Shown in pieces: positions 17,358 through 25,470 of a stretch of DNA of 64,000 nt (position 1 is its first letter; each line of letters starts with the position of its first letter). This DNA is from Dehalococcoidia bacterium (lineage in GTDB: Bacteria; Chloroflexota; Dehalococcoidia; Lucifugimonadales; JADFKI01): positions 2,403,704-2,467,703 of the forward strand of contig OZ241333.1 in the NCBI GenBank assembly GCA_965200085.1, read 5' to 3'. Below the pieces are notes generated by a model that saw only the letters and a list, made by a program, of their open reading frames with translations, did no database searches and had not been told where the DNA came from. The position numbers and the translations under genes are program-made.

Positions 17358-17574
17358 TCCATTTTTCGGAGAACGCTCTTGGTTTGCCATTATCAACTGC
17401 TTAATCCGATTGAGCTCCGCATTACTGAACAGCTTTGACCGTTCAAACTTGACCGGATCTAGCCAGAACTTAGCCTGTCTGTTATCTCTAATCACATGCA
17501 ACATGCGGCGGTTCAATACCATCGCTTGAATAGAAACGAAAACTATAGGGGCCGCTTCGTAATACTGTCGGCAT
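17338..17574 (-). pseudogene. DUF4160-family gene disrupted by two compensating frameshifts
   Basis: From ATG 17574 the frame reads MPTVLRSGPYSFRFYSSDGIEPPHVACD*. The conserved continuation HVIRDNRQAKFWLDPVKFERSKLFSNAELNRIKQLIMANQE is in the +1 frame. The family-like end FSEKWNEFFLL* (stop 17338-17340) is back in the original frame. Confidence 0.65.
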
Positions 17575-17609
17575 TAACTTGTGCAGCCCCTTGTTTTTCC
17601 AGAATAAAC

Positions 17610-18812
17610 CTATCCTGCGGTCGCAGTATCAAGCGCACGGTTGAGCTTTTCGATGCATTCGTCCACATCCGCCTCCGTGATAATAAGCGGCGGCATAAAG
17701 CGGATAGCATCAGGCAGCACCGGATTAAGAAGCACGCCTTCATCGTTCGCGGCGGCAACTACTGCAGGCGCAATTGCCGATTGCAGCTGGAGAGCGAGCA
17801 GCAGCCCCATGCCGCGCACACCCTTCACTACATCCGGACGCGCCGTTCTCATCTCTTCGAGCTTGGATTCGAGATACGCCCCGACTTTGCGCGCGTGCCC
17901 AGGTATGTCGTTCTCCACCATGTAGCGCACTGTGGCATTGCCTGCCGCTGTAGTGAGAACATTTCCGCCGAAAGTGCTGCCATGGTCACCCGGCTCCAAA
18001 ACATCGCAGCTGTCTTTGCACATGAATGCGCCGATAGGTACGCCGTTTCCAAGTCCTTTAGCAGATGTCATCACATCAGGCTCTACATCGAAGCGCTCAT
18101 ATCCCCAGAGACTACCCAACCGTCCCATGCCGGTCTGCACCTCATCGAATATCAGCAGGATGTTGTTCTCATCGCACCATTCACGTAGCCCTTTGAGGTA
18201 TCCCTCGCTTGGTACATTGACACCACCCTCACCTTGCAAAACCTCGACCATTATCGCGGCAGTGTTATCCGTAGTAGCTCCGCGTATCGCATCCAGGTCT
18301 TCGTAAGGCACATTCGTGTAACCTTCGGCAAGCGGCAGCCACGCCTGCTGATACGCTGGCTGTCCGGTCGCCGCAATCATGCCGAGCGTGCGTCCATGGA
18401 ACGAATTAAGCACGGTGATGACATCCTGCGCCCCGTTGCGATGCAGCCGACCATACTTACGAGCTAACTTAACCGCGCCCTCGTTCGCTTCCACACCGCT
18501 ATTGGAGAAGAACACCTTGTCCATGCAACTGTTCTCGACTAGCGCCTCGGCAAGTTCAAGCTGAGGAATCGTGTAGAATAGATTGGACGTCTGCACCAGC
18601 GTTCCCGCCTGCTGACGAATGGCTTCGGTAACGACTGGGTGGCAGTGTCCGAGGTTGTTCACTGCTAATCCTGCTGCAAAATCAAGATACTCTTTGCCGT
18701 CAGTATCCCATACGCGGGCGCCCTGTCCGCGCTCAATCACCATAGGCTGACGATTGAACGTATGAATGTAGTATCTGCTTTCTTTCTCTTTCCATTCCGC
18801 TGCTGATGTCAT
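17610..18812 (-). CDS. argD: Acetylornithine aminotransferase
   Basis: YLDFAAGLAVNNLGHCHP, FFSNSGVEANEGAVKLARKY, LIFDEVQTGMGRLG, SAKGLGNGVPIG. Confidence 0.9.
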   Translation of the reverse strand: MTSAAEWKEKESRYYIHTFNRQPMVIERGQGARVWDTDGKEYLDFAAGLAVNNLGHCHPVVTEAIRQQAGTLVQTSNLFYTIPQLELAEALVENSCMDKVFFSNSGVEANEGAVKLARKYGRLHRNGAQDVITVLNSFHGRTLGMIAATGQPAYQQAWLPLAEGYTNVPYEDLDAIRGATTDNTAAIMVEVLQGEGGVNVPSEGYLKGLREWCDENNILLIFDEVQTGMGRLGSLWGYERFDVEPDVMTSAKGLGNGVPIGAFMCKDSCDVLEPGDHGSTFGGNVLTTAAGNATVRYMVENDIPGHARKVGAYLESKLEEMRTARPDVVKGVRGMGLLLALQLQSAIAPAVVAAANDEGVLLNPVLPDAIRFMPPLIITEADVDECIEKLNRALDTATAG

Positions 18813-18922
18813 TTCTCCCCTTCCTCTGTGTATGCCTAATCATTAACTGATTAAGTTTCTATGTAAGTACATTATTACTCAACACTATTCACCGAAAACT
18901 GACAGGCTAACTCACTGCGGCT

Positions 18923-21736
18923 CTACTGATCCCCAAGAGATTCAGTCAATCTGTCCAGAGCTTCCTCAAGTTCCGCAAGGCTCTGCTTCACTTCTTGTAT
19001 AGCGTTCTGAATAGTCTCGACTGTCGCATCCACCGCACCTCCTGAAGATACCTGCTGTGGTGCAGCGTCCGCCGGTCTGTCTTCAGATTCAGTATCAGTG
19101 AGGAAATAATCTGAGCCTGTCAGCGCGCTAAGCGCCTCATTGAGCGAATCTTCCATCACAACTTTGTCGCCGGTGGCAAGTATGACCCGCTTCAATTCAG
19201 GGAAGTTAACCCCCTCCGCTCGGATGTAAACCGGTTCCGCGTATAATATGCCCTGGTCAACGGGTATAACCAACAGGTTGCCCCTTATGCACTCTGAACC
19301 GGTCGTACAGCGCAGGGTAAACCACGCCGAAATATCTTGGTTGTTATCTATGCGTGCCTCTATCTGTGCGGGTCCGTCAATCTGCCTGTCCTTAGGGAAG
19401 TTAAACGCTATCAAGCCGCCATAATTTTCACCATCGCTGCGCGCTGCGAGCCAGCCGATAAGATTCTGCCGTTCGTTTGGCGTGTACGGCAGAAGCAGCA
19501 CAAACTCTTCCTTCTCTTCCTCGGGCAGTTTCATGATTACATAATACGGCTCCACCTGATTAAGCTCATCACCTTGCCCAAACTTCTCCTCAGCCACTGC
19601 CCACAGGTCTTCGTTATTGTAGAAGTTTTGCGGCTCTTGCATGTGATAGCGGATGTACTTCTCCGCCTGTATGCGGAATAAGTCCTGCGGATAACGCACA
19701 TGCTCTCTGAGGGCTTCAGGCATATCCGCTTGTGAAAGGAACAGCGTAGGGAATATACGGGCGTAGGTTTGTACAATAGAGTCTGACTCGTCCCAAATAT
19801 AGAACCGCAGATCGCCAGTGAACGCATCCACCGTGATTTTCACGCTGTTGCGCATGTAGTTCAGCTCGCCCCCAAGCGGATCCGAGTACGGATACCTGTC
19901 AGTGTAGGTATATGCGTCCTGAATCCAGAACAAGCCTCCGTCAGCGACTGCAATATACGGATCATTGTCAAGAAGCAGGAAGGGCGCAACCGTATGAACA
20001 CGTTCTTGAATCGCACGCCGATATTGCAGACGGCTATCCCCTGTAATCTGTCCGCTGATGAGTATATTGATATCGGCAAACTGCCACGCATAAGAGAGCC
20101 GGCGGAACAAAGAAGATAGGCGCACGCCCCCATGTCCGTGATAGTTTGTGCGGAACAGTTCCCCTCCCTCAGTCTGATAGTCAAGCTCATCTTGAAGCGT
20201 ATTGACTATCACATAATCCACGGTATTCTCGCCATAGTATATACGCGGATTAGTAACCAAAAGTTCCGGCGGACCTTCTGCATCTACTGCCTGGATTGGG
20301 ATTATCCCATCTGCCGGTATGTCCTTGGCGAAAAACTCGGGCCTCCCCTCAGCCGTGAACTCTGTTACAGGGCTCATGGCGATACCCATACCGTGTGTAT
20401 ATACGAGGCGAGTGTTCGTCCAGTTCTGCGCTCCCGGGTCTAGTTTTTCCGGCGCAATCTCGCGCGCTGAAAGCAGCACCTGCCTTATCTCTCCACCTAG
20501 TTCGTAGCGGTCAACATCAGCATCCCGGAAGTCATAGTAGGTCCGGATGAGCTGAATCTGTCTATATACACTGGACAAGGGGCGGTAATCCCACAACCGT
20601 ATATTATTAATAGTCAGCGGGTTACGCTTAATAACTTCAGCGTCCACATCGGTCTGAGCCGAATAGAACTGTTCCACAACACGGTCAAGCCCGAATGCGC
20701 TGCGAGTGAACTTAATGTTGCGCTCTATGAATGGAGCCTCGCGCACGAACTCGTTAGGGTTAACCGTGAACTGCTGAATTAAGCTTGGCCAAACGCTGCC
20801 CAACACGATGTTCGCTACGAACCAGAGCGCAAACGCCCCAATGAGCAGACGTCTGCCGCTAATGTATGTGTTCGCCAGCATAAGCAAGCCCGCGCCCACA
20901 GCTATAATCGTCATTATCAGCAGCGCAGGCATACGCGCGTTCACATCAGCGTATGCCGCTCCAAACACCGCGCCTTCTTCGGAAAGCAGCAAGTCCCATC
21001 TGTCAAGCCAATGACCAAATCCGATAGTGAACATCACCAATGCCGCAATAATTGACAAGTGTATCTTCACACCCGGCGCGTTCAGGTCAAGCCTCATGCC
21101 TTGCATGCTGAAACGAAGAAAATAATAAGCGAGCGAAGCAAGCAGTGTCAGTATCAGCGCGCCTAATACCCAGCCTTGTAAAACGTTGAACATAGGAAGC
21201 GTGAACACGTAGAAACCTACGTCCCGTCCGAACACAGGATCCACCTGCCCAAAAGGCAGAGCGTTTGAGAAGCGCAGGAAGACTTCCCACTGAGCTGACA
21301 GTATTGTGCCAAAGATGACGGCAAGCACAGCCACGGCGGCCACACTTATAATAATCAGCGCGCGGCTCATGAATCTCAGGAGGTCGTCGGGCAGGGGCAG
21401 CGATATCCTGCCCCTAGAAATGAAACTCGCAGCAAAGATACTCACGCCGGCAAGCACCGCCATCGCAACAGCACCGGCAACAAACAAGGTTATGCGCGTC
21501 ATCAAAACCTTGACAAAGATACCGCGATAGCCCAAATTATCGAACCAAAGCCAATCCGTATAGACGCCGCGTCCAAACAGGAACATCGCGAACAGAATCG
21601 CAGCCACAGCAGCGAACGCAATCCATTTCGCGAGGGTGCCTATCTGCCCAAAAAACTGATACAACTCTATGGTGGAAGCGTCATCGCCGCCGTTGCCTCT
21701 GTCTCCACTGCTGCCGTTCTGATATTCACCAGCCAT
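18923..21736 (-). CDS. UPF0182-family large polytopic membrane protein
   Basis: 937 aa. The N-terminal multi-TM region carries TDWLWFDNLGYRGIFVKVL, followed by a large soluble part and an acidic tail. The length and motifs are typical of UPF0182/COG1615. Confidence 0.8.
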   Translation of the reverse strand: MAGEYQNGSSGDRGNGGDDASTIELYQFFGQIGTLAKWIAFAAVAAILFAMFLFGRGVYTDWLWFDNLGYRGIFVKVLMTRITLFVAGAVAMAVLAGVSIFAASFISRGRISLPLPDDLLRFMSRALIIISVAAVAVLAVIFGTILSAQWEVFLRFSNALPFGQVDPVFGRDVGFYVFTLPMFNVLQGWVLGALILTLLASLAYYFLRFSMQGMRLDLNAPGVKIHLSIIAALVMFTIGFGHWLDRWDLLLSEEGAVFGAAYADVNARMPALLIMTIIAVGAGLLMLANTYISGRRLLIGAFALWFVANIVLGSVWPSLIQQFTVNPNEFVREAPFIERNIKFTRSAFGLDRVVEQFYSAQTDVDAEVIKRNPLTINNIRLWDYRPLSSVYRQIQLIRTYYDFRDADVDRYELGGEIRQVLLSAREIAPEKLDPGAQNWTNTRLVYTHGMGIAMSPVTEFTAEGRPEFFAKDIPADGIIPIQAVDAEGPPELLVTNPRIYYGENTVDYVIVNTLQDELDYQTEGGELFRTNYHGHGGVRLSSLFRRLSYAWQFADINILISGQITGDSRLQYRRAIQERVHTVAPFLLLDNDPYIAVADGGLFWIQDAYTYTDRYPYSDPLGGELNYMRNSVKITVDAFTGDLRFYIWDESDSIVQTYARIFPTLFLSQADMPEALREHVRYPQDLFRIQAEKYIRYHMQEPQNFYNNEDLWAVAEEKFGQGDELNQVEPYYVIMKLPEEEKEEFVLLLPYTPNERQNLIGWLAARSDGENYGGLIAFNFPKDRQIDGPAQIEARIDNNQDISAWFTLRCTTGSECIRGNLLVIPVDQGILYAEPVYIRAEGVNFPELKRVILATGDKVVMEDSLNEALSALTGSDYFLTDTESEDRPADAAPQQVSSGGAVDATVETIQNAIQEVKQSLAELEEALDRLTESLGDQ

Positions 21737-21753
21737 AGAACATCTGCCTGCCT

Positions 21754-22662
21754 TTACCCAATTCGTGTTCCAAGCGTTTCACCGGAAATTACATCTATTA
21801 ACGCAGACGGGCTGCGACCGTCAACGATGTGGGAAATGCCGCCCGATTTCAGCGCGGTCAGACAAGCTTCCAGTTTAGGAATCATGCCGCCCGCTGCAAC
21901 ATTTGAGTTAATCAATCCTCGCGCCTGCCGTTCTGTCAAGCGCGGTATCAGCCTTCGGGACGTATCTAAAACGCCCGGAACATCAGTCAAAAATACTAGC
22001 TTACTCGCGCCAATGGCAGCTGCGATTTCTCCCGCCGCAGTATCCGCGTTGATGTTCAGAAGCGCAGTAGATTCATCGCCCTCTTCGGCAATTTTCATGC
22101 CAACAGGCGCGATAATAGGAATGCAGCCGGAGTTCAGTACAGCGTCGATAGGGTCAGTGTTGACATCCACGACGTCCCCAACGAATCCAAGCTCTGGATC
22201 GCGGACAATCGCACGCAGCATGCCATCGTCCGCTCCGCTGATGCCAATAGAACGGGCGCCAAGTTCCACCATAGAAGCGACGAGAGTCTTGTTAATGAGA
22301 CCTGTGAGCACAGCAACGACGATTTCAAGACTTGAACCATCGGTAACGCGCAGTCCACGCACAAAACGCGGCATCACACCCTGCTTCGCCATCCAATCAC
22401 TGATAATTTTTCCACCGCCATGCACCACTACCGAATTAACGCCCTGCTTCTGAAGCCTTGCTAGGTCATGTAGGGTGGTGTCGTGGCTGCCTAGAGTGCT
22501 GCCGCCAATCTTTACTACAATCGTCCCACTGAAACTGGTCTCCTTATCCGCCTCTGCCTGTGGAGTATTTTCCAAACTAGCCAATTCGCCGGAATTGACT
22601 ACTTCAGATTCTATCTTGGCATGAGGCACATTCATCCCTGCACGGGTGTTCGATGTTGACAT
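21754..22662 (-). CDS. argB: Acetylglutamate kinase
   Basis: IVVKIGGSTLG, VVVHGGGKIISDWM, GLRVTDGSSLEIV, LLNINADTAAGEIAAA. Confidence 0.9.
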   Translation of the reverse strand: MSTSNTRAGMNVPHAKIESEVVNSGELASLENTPQAEADKETSFSGTIVVKIGGSTLGSHDTTLHDLARLQKQGVNSVVVHGGGKIISDWMAKQGVMPRFVRGLRVTDGSSLEIVVAVLTGLINKTLVASMVELGARSIGISGADDGMLRAIVRDPELGFVGDVVDVNTDPIDAVLNSGCIPIIAPVGMKIAEEGDESTALLNINADTAAGEIAAAIGASKLVFLTDVPGVLDTSRRLIPRLTERQARGLINSNVAAGGMIPKLEACLTALKSGGISHIVDGRSPSALIDVISGETLGTRIG

Positions 22663-22667
22663 ACTCT

Positions 22668-23888
22668 TTAAGTGCTGTACGCCGAATTGAAGGTTACATA
22701 TTCTTCGGTCAGATCACAGCCCCAAGCCGTCGCGCTCACATCTCCCATATTCAAGCAAACACCAAAGCGTACATCGGGCGAGCTCGCCATTGCACTTACG
22801 ACCGAATCCATATGAAATGGTATGGATTTGCCTTCGTGGACAATCTGAATATCGTTGATAAAGATGTCTATTTTAGACTCATCCATATCTGCGCCGCTCT
22901 TGCCCAGCGCCATCATAATGCGTCCCCAATTCGGGTCGTTGCCGTGCACCATAGCCTTGACCAGCGAAGAAGTTGAAATCTCCCTCGCAGCCTTGCGCGC
23001 ATCCGCGACCGTGGTTGCCTGCTCCACTGTAACCTCGATGAGTTTCTTCGCACCCTCGCCGTCTCGTACCATCTCCTTCGCCAAAGAGGTGCACACAAAA
23101 GTGAGCGCTTCCTCGAATGCATCGGCCTCCGACGTGCCCGCAACAATCTCATCGCCACCCACCTGTCCATTAGCAAACACCAGAACCGTGTCGTTCGTAC
23201 TCTGGTCGCCGTCCACACTGCACATATTAAAGGAAGTATCCACAGCCCTGCTGAGCGCCGATTGCAAGAACGACTGCTCTACCGGGGCGTCCGTCGTCAC
23301 GAATGCAAGCATAGTTGCCATATTGGGGTGGATCATCCCAACACCCTTCGCCGCACCGCCCAGCACCACTTTGCGGCCGCCCAAATCAATAGACACCGCA
23401 AGATCCTTATGGCGTGTATCAGTGGTCATAATAGAGCGCGCGAAATCATGTCCGCCGCCACTCGACAGACTCACATTGCCGACATTCTGTCGCAGCAGCG
23501 CCATTGGAAGCTCCACACCAATCATGCCCGTGCTGCAAACCAGCATATCCTCCGCGCTCACTCCCACATGCGCAGCCGCAAGCTCAGTAAGTTCTGCGGC
23601 ATCCGCCAGTCCCTGCTCGCCCACGCAGCAGTTCGCGCAGCCGCTGTTCGCCACCACACCCCGCGCCGTACCGCGCTGCGCGCGCTGTCTGCTCAGCACC
23701 ACAGAAGGGGAGAGTATCTTATTCGTAGAGAAAGTAGCGGCGAGATTAGCAGGCGTCTCAGATAGCAAAATGCCCAAGTCGAGCACACCGTCGTCCTGAG
23801 TCTTCAATCCCGCATAAGTTCCGCCCGCCACAAATCCATTAGCAGAAGTAACACTGCCGTCACTGATAATCTCAATCATCGCTGCCAT
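22668..23888 (-). CDS. argJ: Bifunctional glutamate N-acetyltransferase / amino-acid acetyltransferase
   Basis: GFVAGGTYAGLK, ANSGCANCCVG, the autoprocessing site MATMLAFVTTDA, GDQSTNDTVL, and the C-terminal NSAYST. Confidence 0.92.
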   Translation of the reverse strand: MAAMIEIISDGSVTSANGFVAGGTYAGLKTQDDGVLDLGILLSETPANLAATFSTNKILSPSVVLSRQRAQRGTARGVVANSGCANCCVGEQGLADAAELTELAAAHVGVSAEDMLVCSTGMIGVELPMALLRQNVGNVSLSSGGGHDFARSIMTTDTRHKDLAVSIDLGGRKVVLGGAAKGVGMIHPNMATMLAFVTTDAPVEQSFLQSALSRAVDTSFNMCSVDGDQSTNDTVLVFANGQVGGDEIVAGTSEADAFEEALTFVCTSLAKEMVRDGEGAKKLIEVTVEQATTVADARKAAREISTSSLVKAMVHGNDPNWGRIMMALGKSGADMDESKIDIFINDIQIVHEGKSIPFHMDSVVSAMASSPDVRFGVCLNMGDVSATAWGCDLTEEYVTFNSAYST

Positions 23889-24245
23889 ATACGCTCCTCA
23901 CTCGTTGCGACGCATCCCCTAATTAACATAGGCAGAACACGCCAAAATAGCCAACGAATTATAGCACAGCGCAGCATGGGGGCGCAAAGTTGCCATGGTA
24001 ACTGACACTGTCTCGGGTAGTGTTGATGGTAAGCTAACGGGATAAGCAGGTATTCGGAGAGCAGTGATATTTACGCGAGCACAGCGCAGCCTACTGACAT
24101 GAAGTTCAGTGCTCCTGTTCTATGGAGCTCCCGTCTTTTTTCTAAAACATTGTCCTATTTCAACACTACCTGAAACAGCGCCAAACTTCTCCCCAATCCT
24201 TGACAGCATGCATTCTTATTGGTTACGCTGAAACCACGCTTTTAC

Positions 24246-24317
24246 GGGCTTGTAGCTCAGCGGCAGAGCGGTCGGCTCATAACCGATTGGTCCCAGGTTC
24301 GATCCCTGGCAAGCCCA
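24246..24317 (+). tRNA. tRNA with anticodon CAT: elongator Met, or Ile2 if lysidine-modified. It does not look like an initiator.
   Basis: Folded by hand. Acceptor GGGCTTG/CAAGCCC, D arm GCTC-AGCGGCA-GAGC, anticodon arm GTCGG-CTCATAA-CCGAT, T arm CCAGG-TTCGATC-CCTGG, discriminator A, no encoded CCA. It lacks the three consecutive G-C pairs in the anticodon stem that mark initiators. Confidence 0.88.
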
Positions 24318-24433
24318 CTTCCAGCCAACCACATAATGTCGTATAAAGACAAAGAGCATACTTCCGCTTTTGATGACTAACACAACCCGCTCAGACACAT
24401 CCATCACATCCACGCCAACAAGGTGATGAGCAG

Positions 24434-24982
24434 TTGCTTACTCGACTAACTGCTTTAATTCTGCTGAGCATATTTATAATGGGACAAACCCCCGGCGAGC
24501 GCGTCTCCGTCTTCGACAAACCCCTGCAGCTTCACCGCGGACCGGCAGGACCCTACGAAATCATCATCACTATTCAGCCGCACAAACCCAGAGTCGGCAC
24601 TGTCCATTTCGGAGTAACCATACTCGACCCGGAAACCCAAACTCTAGTTGAAGACGCTCGTGTTCTCATCGTCGCCTACAACCCGGAAGGGGAGCCCACA
24701 TACCAAACTCCTGCGCTCAACGATCCTGCAACCCCAATCCACTACAAGGGCAACATTATCTTCCGCAGCCCCGGACAATGGTCGCTTCTTACCAAAATTG
24801 AGACCACAAAACATGGCGAAGTAACCGCCTCCACGCCAATCAATATCGCAGAAACCACCTCGACAGCAAGCACCGAAGGGCTGTTGATGTTGGCGTTAGT
24901 AACCCTCGCGCTAGGCGGCGGCACTGCCTATGTCATATACAGCATCAAACGACAACAACGAGCCAATCCTACTAATCCGTAA
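24434..24982 (+). CDS. Hypothetical C-terminally membrane-anchored protein with a beta-rich (FixH/YtkA-like?) ectodomain
   Basis: TTG start 7 nt after AAGGTGA. It has an N-terminal signal-like segment LTALILLSIFIMG and a C-terminal TM segment LLMLALVTLALGGGTAYVIYSI followed by KRQQR. The domain guess is weak. Confidence 0.5.
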   Translation: MLTRLTALILLSIFIMGQTPGERVSVFDKPLQLHRGPAGPYEIIITIQPHKPRVGTVHFGVTILDPETQTLVEDARVLIVAYNPEGEPTYQTPALNDPATPIHYKGNIIFRSPGQWSLLTKIETTKHGEVTASTPINIAETTSTASTEGLLMLALVTLALGGGTAYVIYSIKRQQRANPTNP

Positions 24983-25328
24983 TGTTATATATAACTAACG
25001 CTGTACCTTCCCGATAAAAAGTAACCTCCACTGTCAGCCCCAGCAGCTTATGCTCATTCAAATGCGAAGGTGTAAATCCCGGCACAACCTTGCCCCTGCC
25101 CTCGAAACTCCATACAACCCCCTCAGCATCTTCCACCTCAAGTGCGCTTAGCGAAATCAGCGATTCCGACCTCACTTCCAAAACAGTTCCTCTCACAGCC
25201 TCAAGCGTTAGCTCCGCGTCTTCCCGCAATTCTAACGCATCTCCGCCACAGGAGACTAACGACAGCGCAGTCAAAATTACCGCTATCGCAGCAATCCTAT
25301 ACACCAATCTGCCCCAAATCCGCATCAC
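24972..25328 (-). CDS. Small putative lipoprotein
   Basis: Signal peptide with a lipobox, AIAVILTALSLVSCGG. No family recognised. It overlaps the convergent upstream gene by 11 nt. Confidence 0.5.
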   Translation of the reverse strand: MMRIWGRLVYRIAAIAVILTALSLVSCGGDALELREDAELTLEAVRGTVLEVRSESLISLSALEVEDAEGVVWSFEGRGKVVPGFTPSHLNEHKLLGLTVEVTFYREGTALVIYNITD

Positions 25329-25470
25329 TCCATCCTCTCGGTCAATCCGCGCCGCACCTCATTTTTATACTAAAGATATAAACATTCTAAATTATCGTTC
25401 AGAAAATGGACTAAATTTGCGTTGACCGTAATTTATGCTCTTTTGTACTTTGGCTATGTGGAGGTGTGAT

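Noticed and set aside
16653-17522. The 289-aa ORF taken as a genuine DUF4160-DUF2442 fusion protein.
   Set aside because: It starts in the middle of the DUF4160 domain. The missing N-terminus and the true C-terminus of that domain lie in another frame (17574-17488 and 17378-17338). I therefore read it as a frameshift chimera. A functional fusion cannot be fully excluded.
22855-23799. Long antisense ORFs: 314 aa opposite argJ, 347 aa opposite argH (11557-12600), 317 aa opposite the ThDP enzyme (53483-54436), 235 aa opposite the FtsX permease (32206-32913), 205 aa opposite the MDR gene (38723-39340) and 203 aa opposite the ACAD (13912-14523).
   Set aside because: These are shadow ORFs, which are typical of GC-rich coding DNA. 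Their products are Ser/Arg/Pro/Ala-rich with no motifs. The opposite strand carries unmistakable enzyme signatures.
24216-24413. 65-aa minus-strand ORF.
   Set aside because: It lies directly over tRNA-CAT (24246-24317) and is a translation artefact of the tRNA sequence.
7380-24430. tRNA-Gly and tRNA-CAT as possible integration sites for a genomic island.
   Set aside because: No integrase, no direct repeat of the tRNA 3' end, and no phage or plasmid genes lie next to either tRNA. The neighbouring genes are ordinary.
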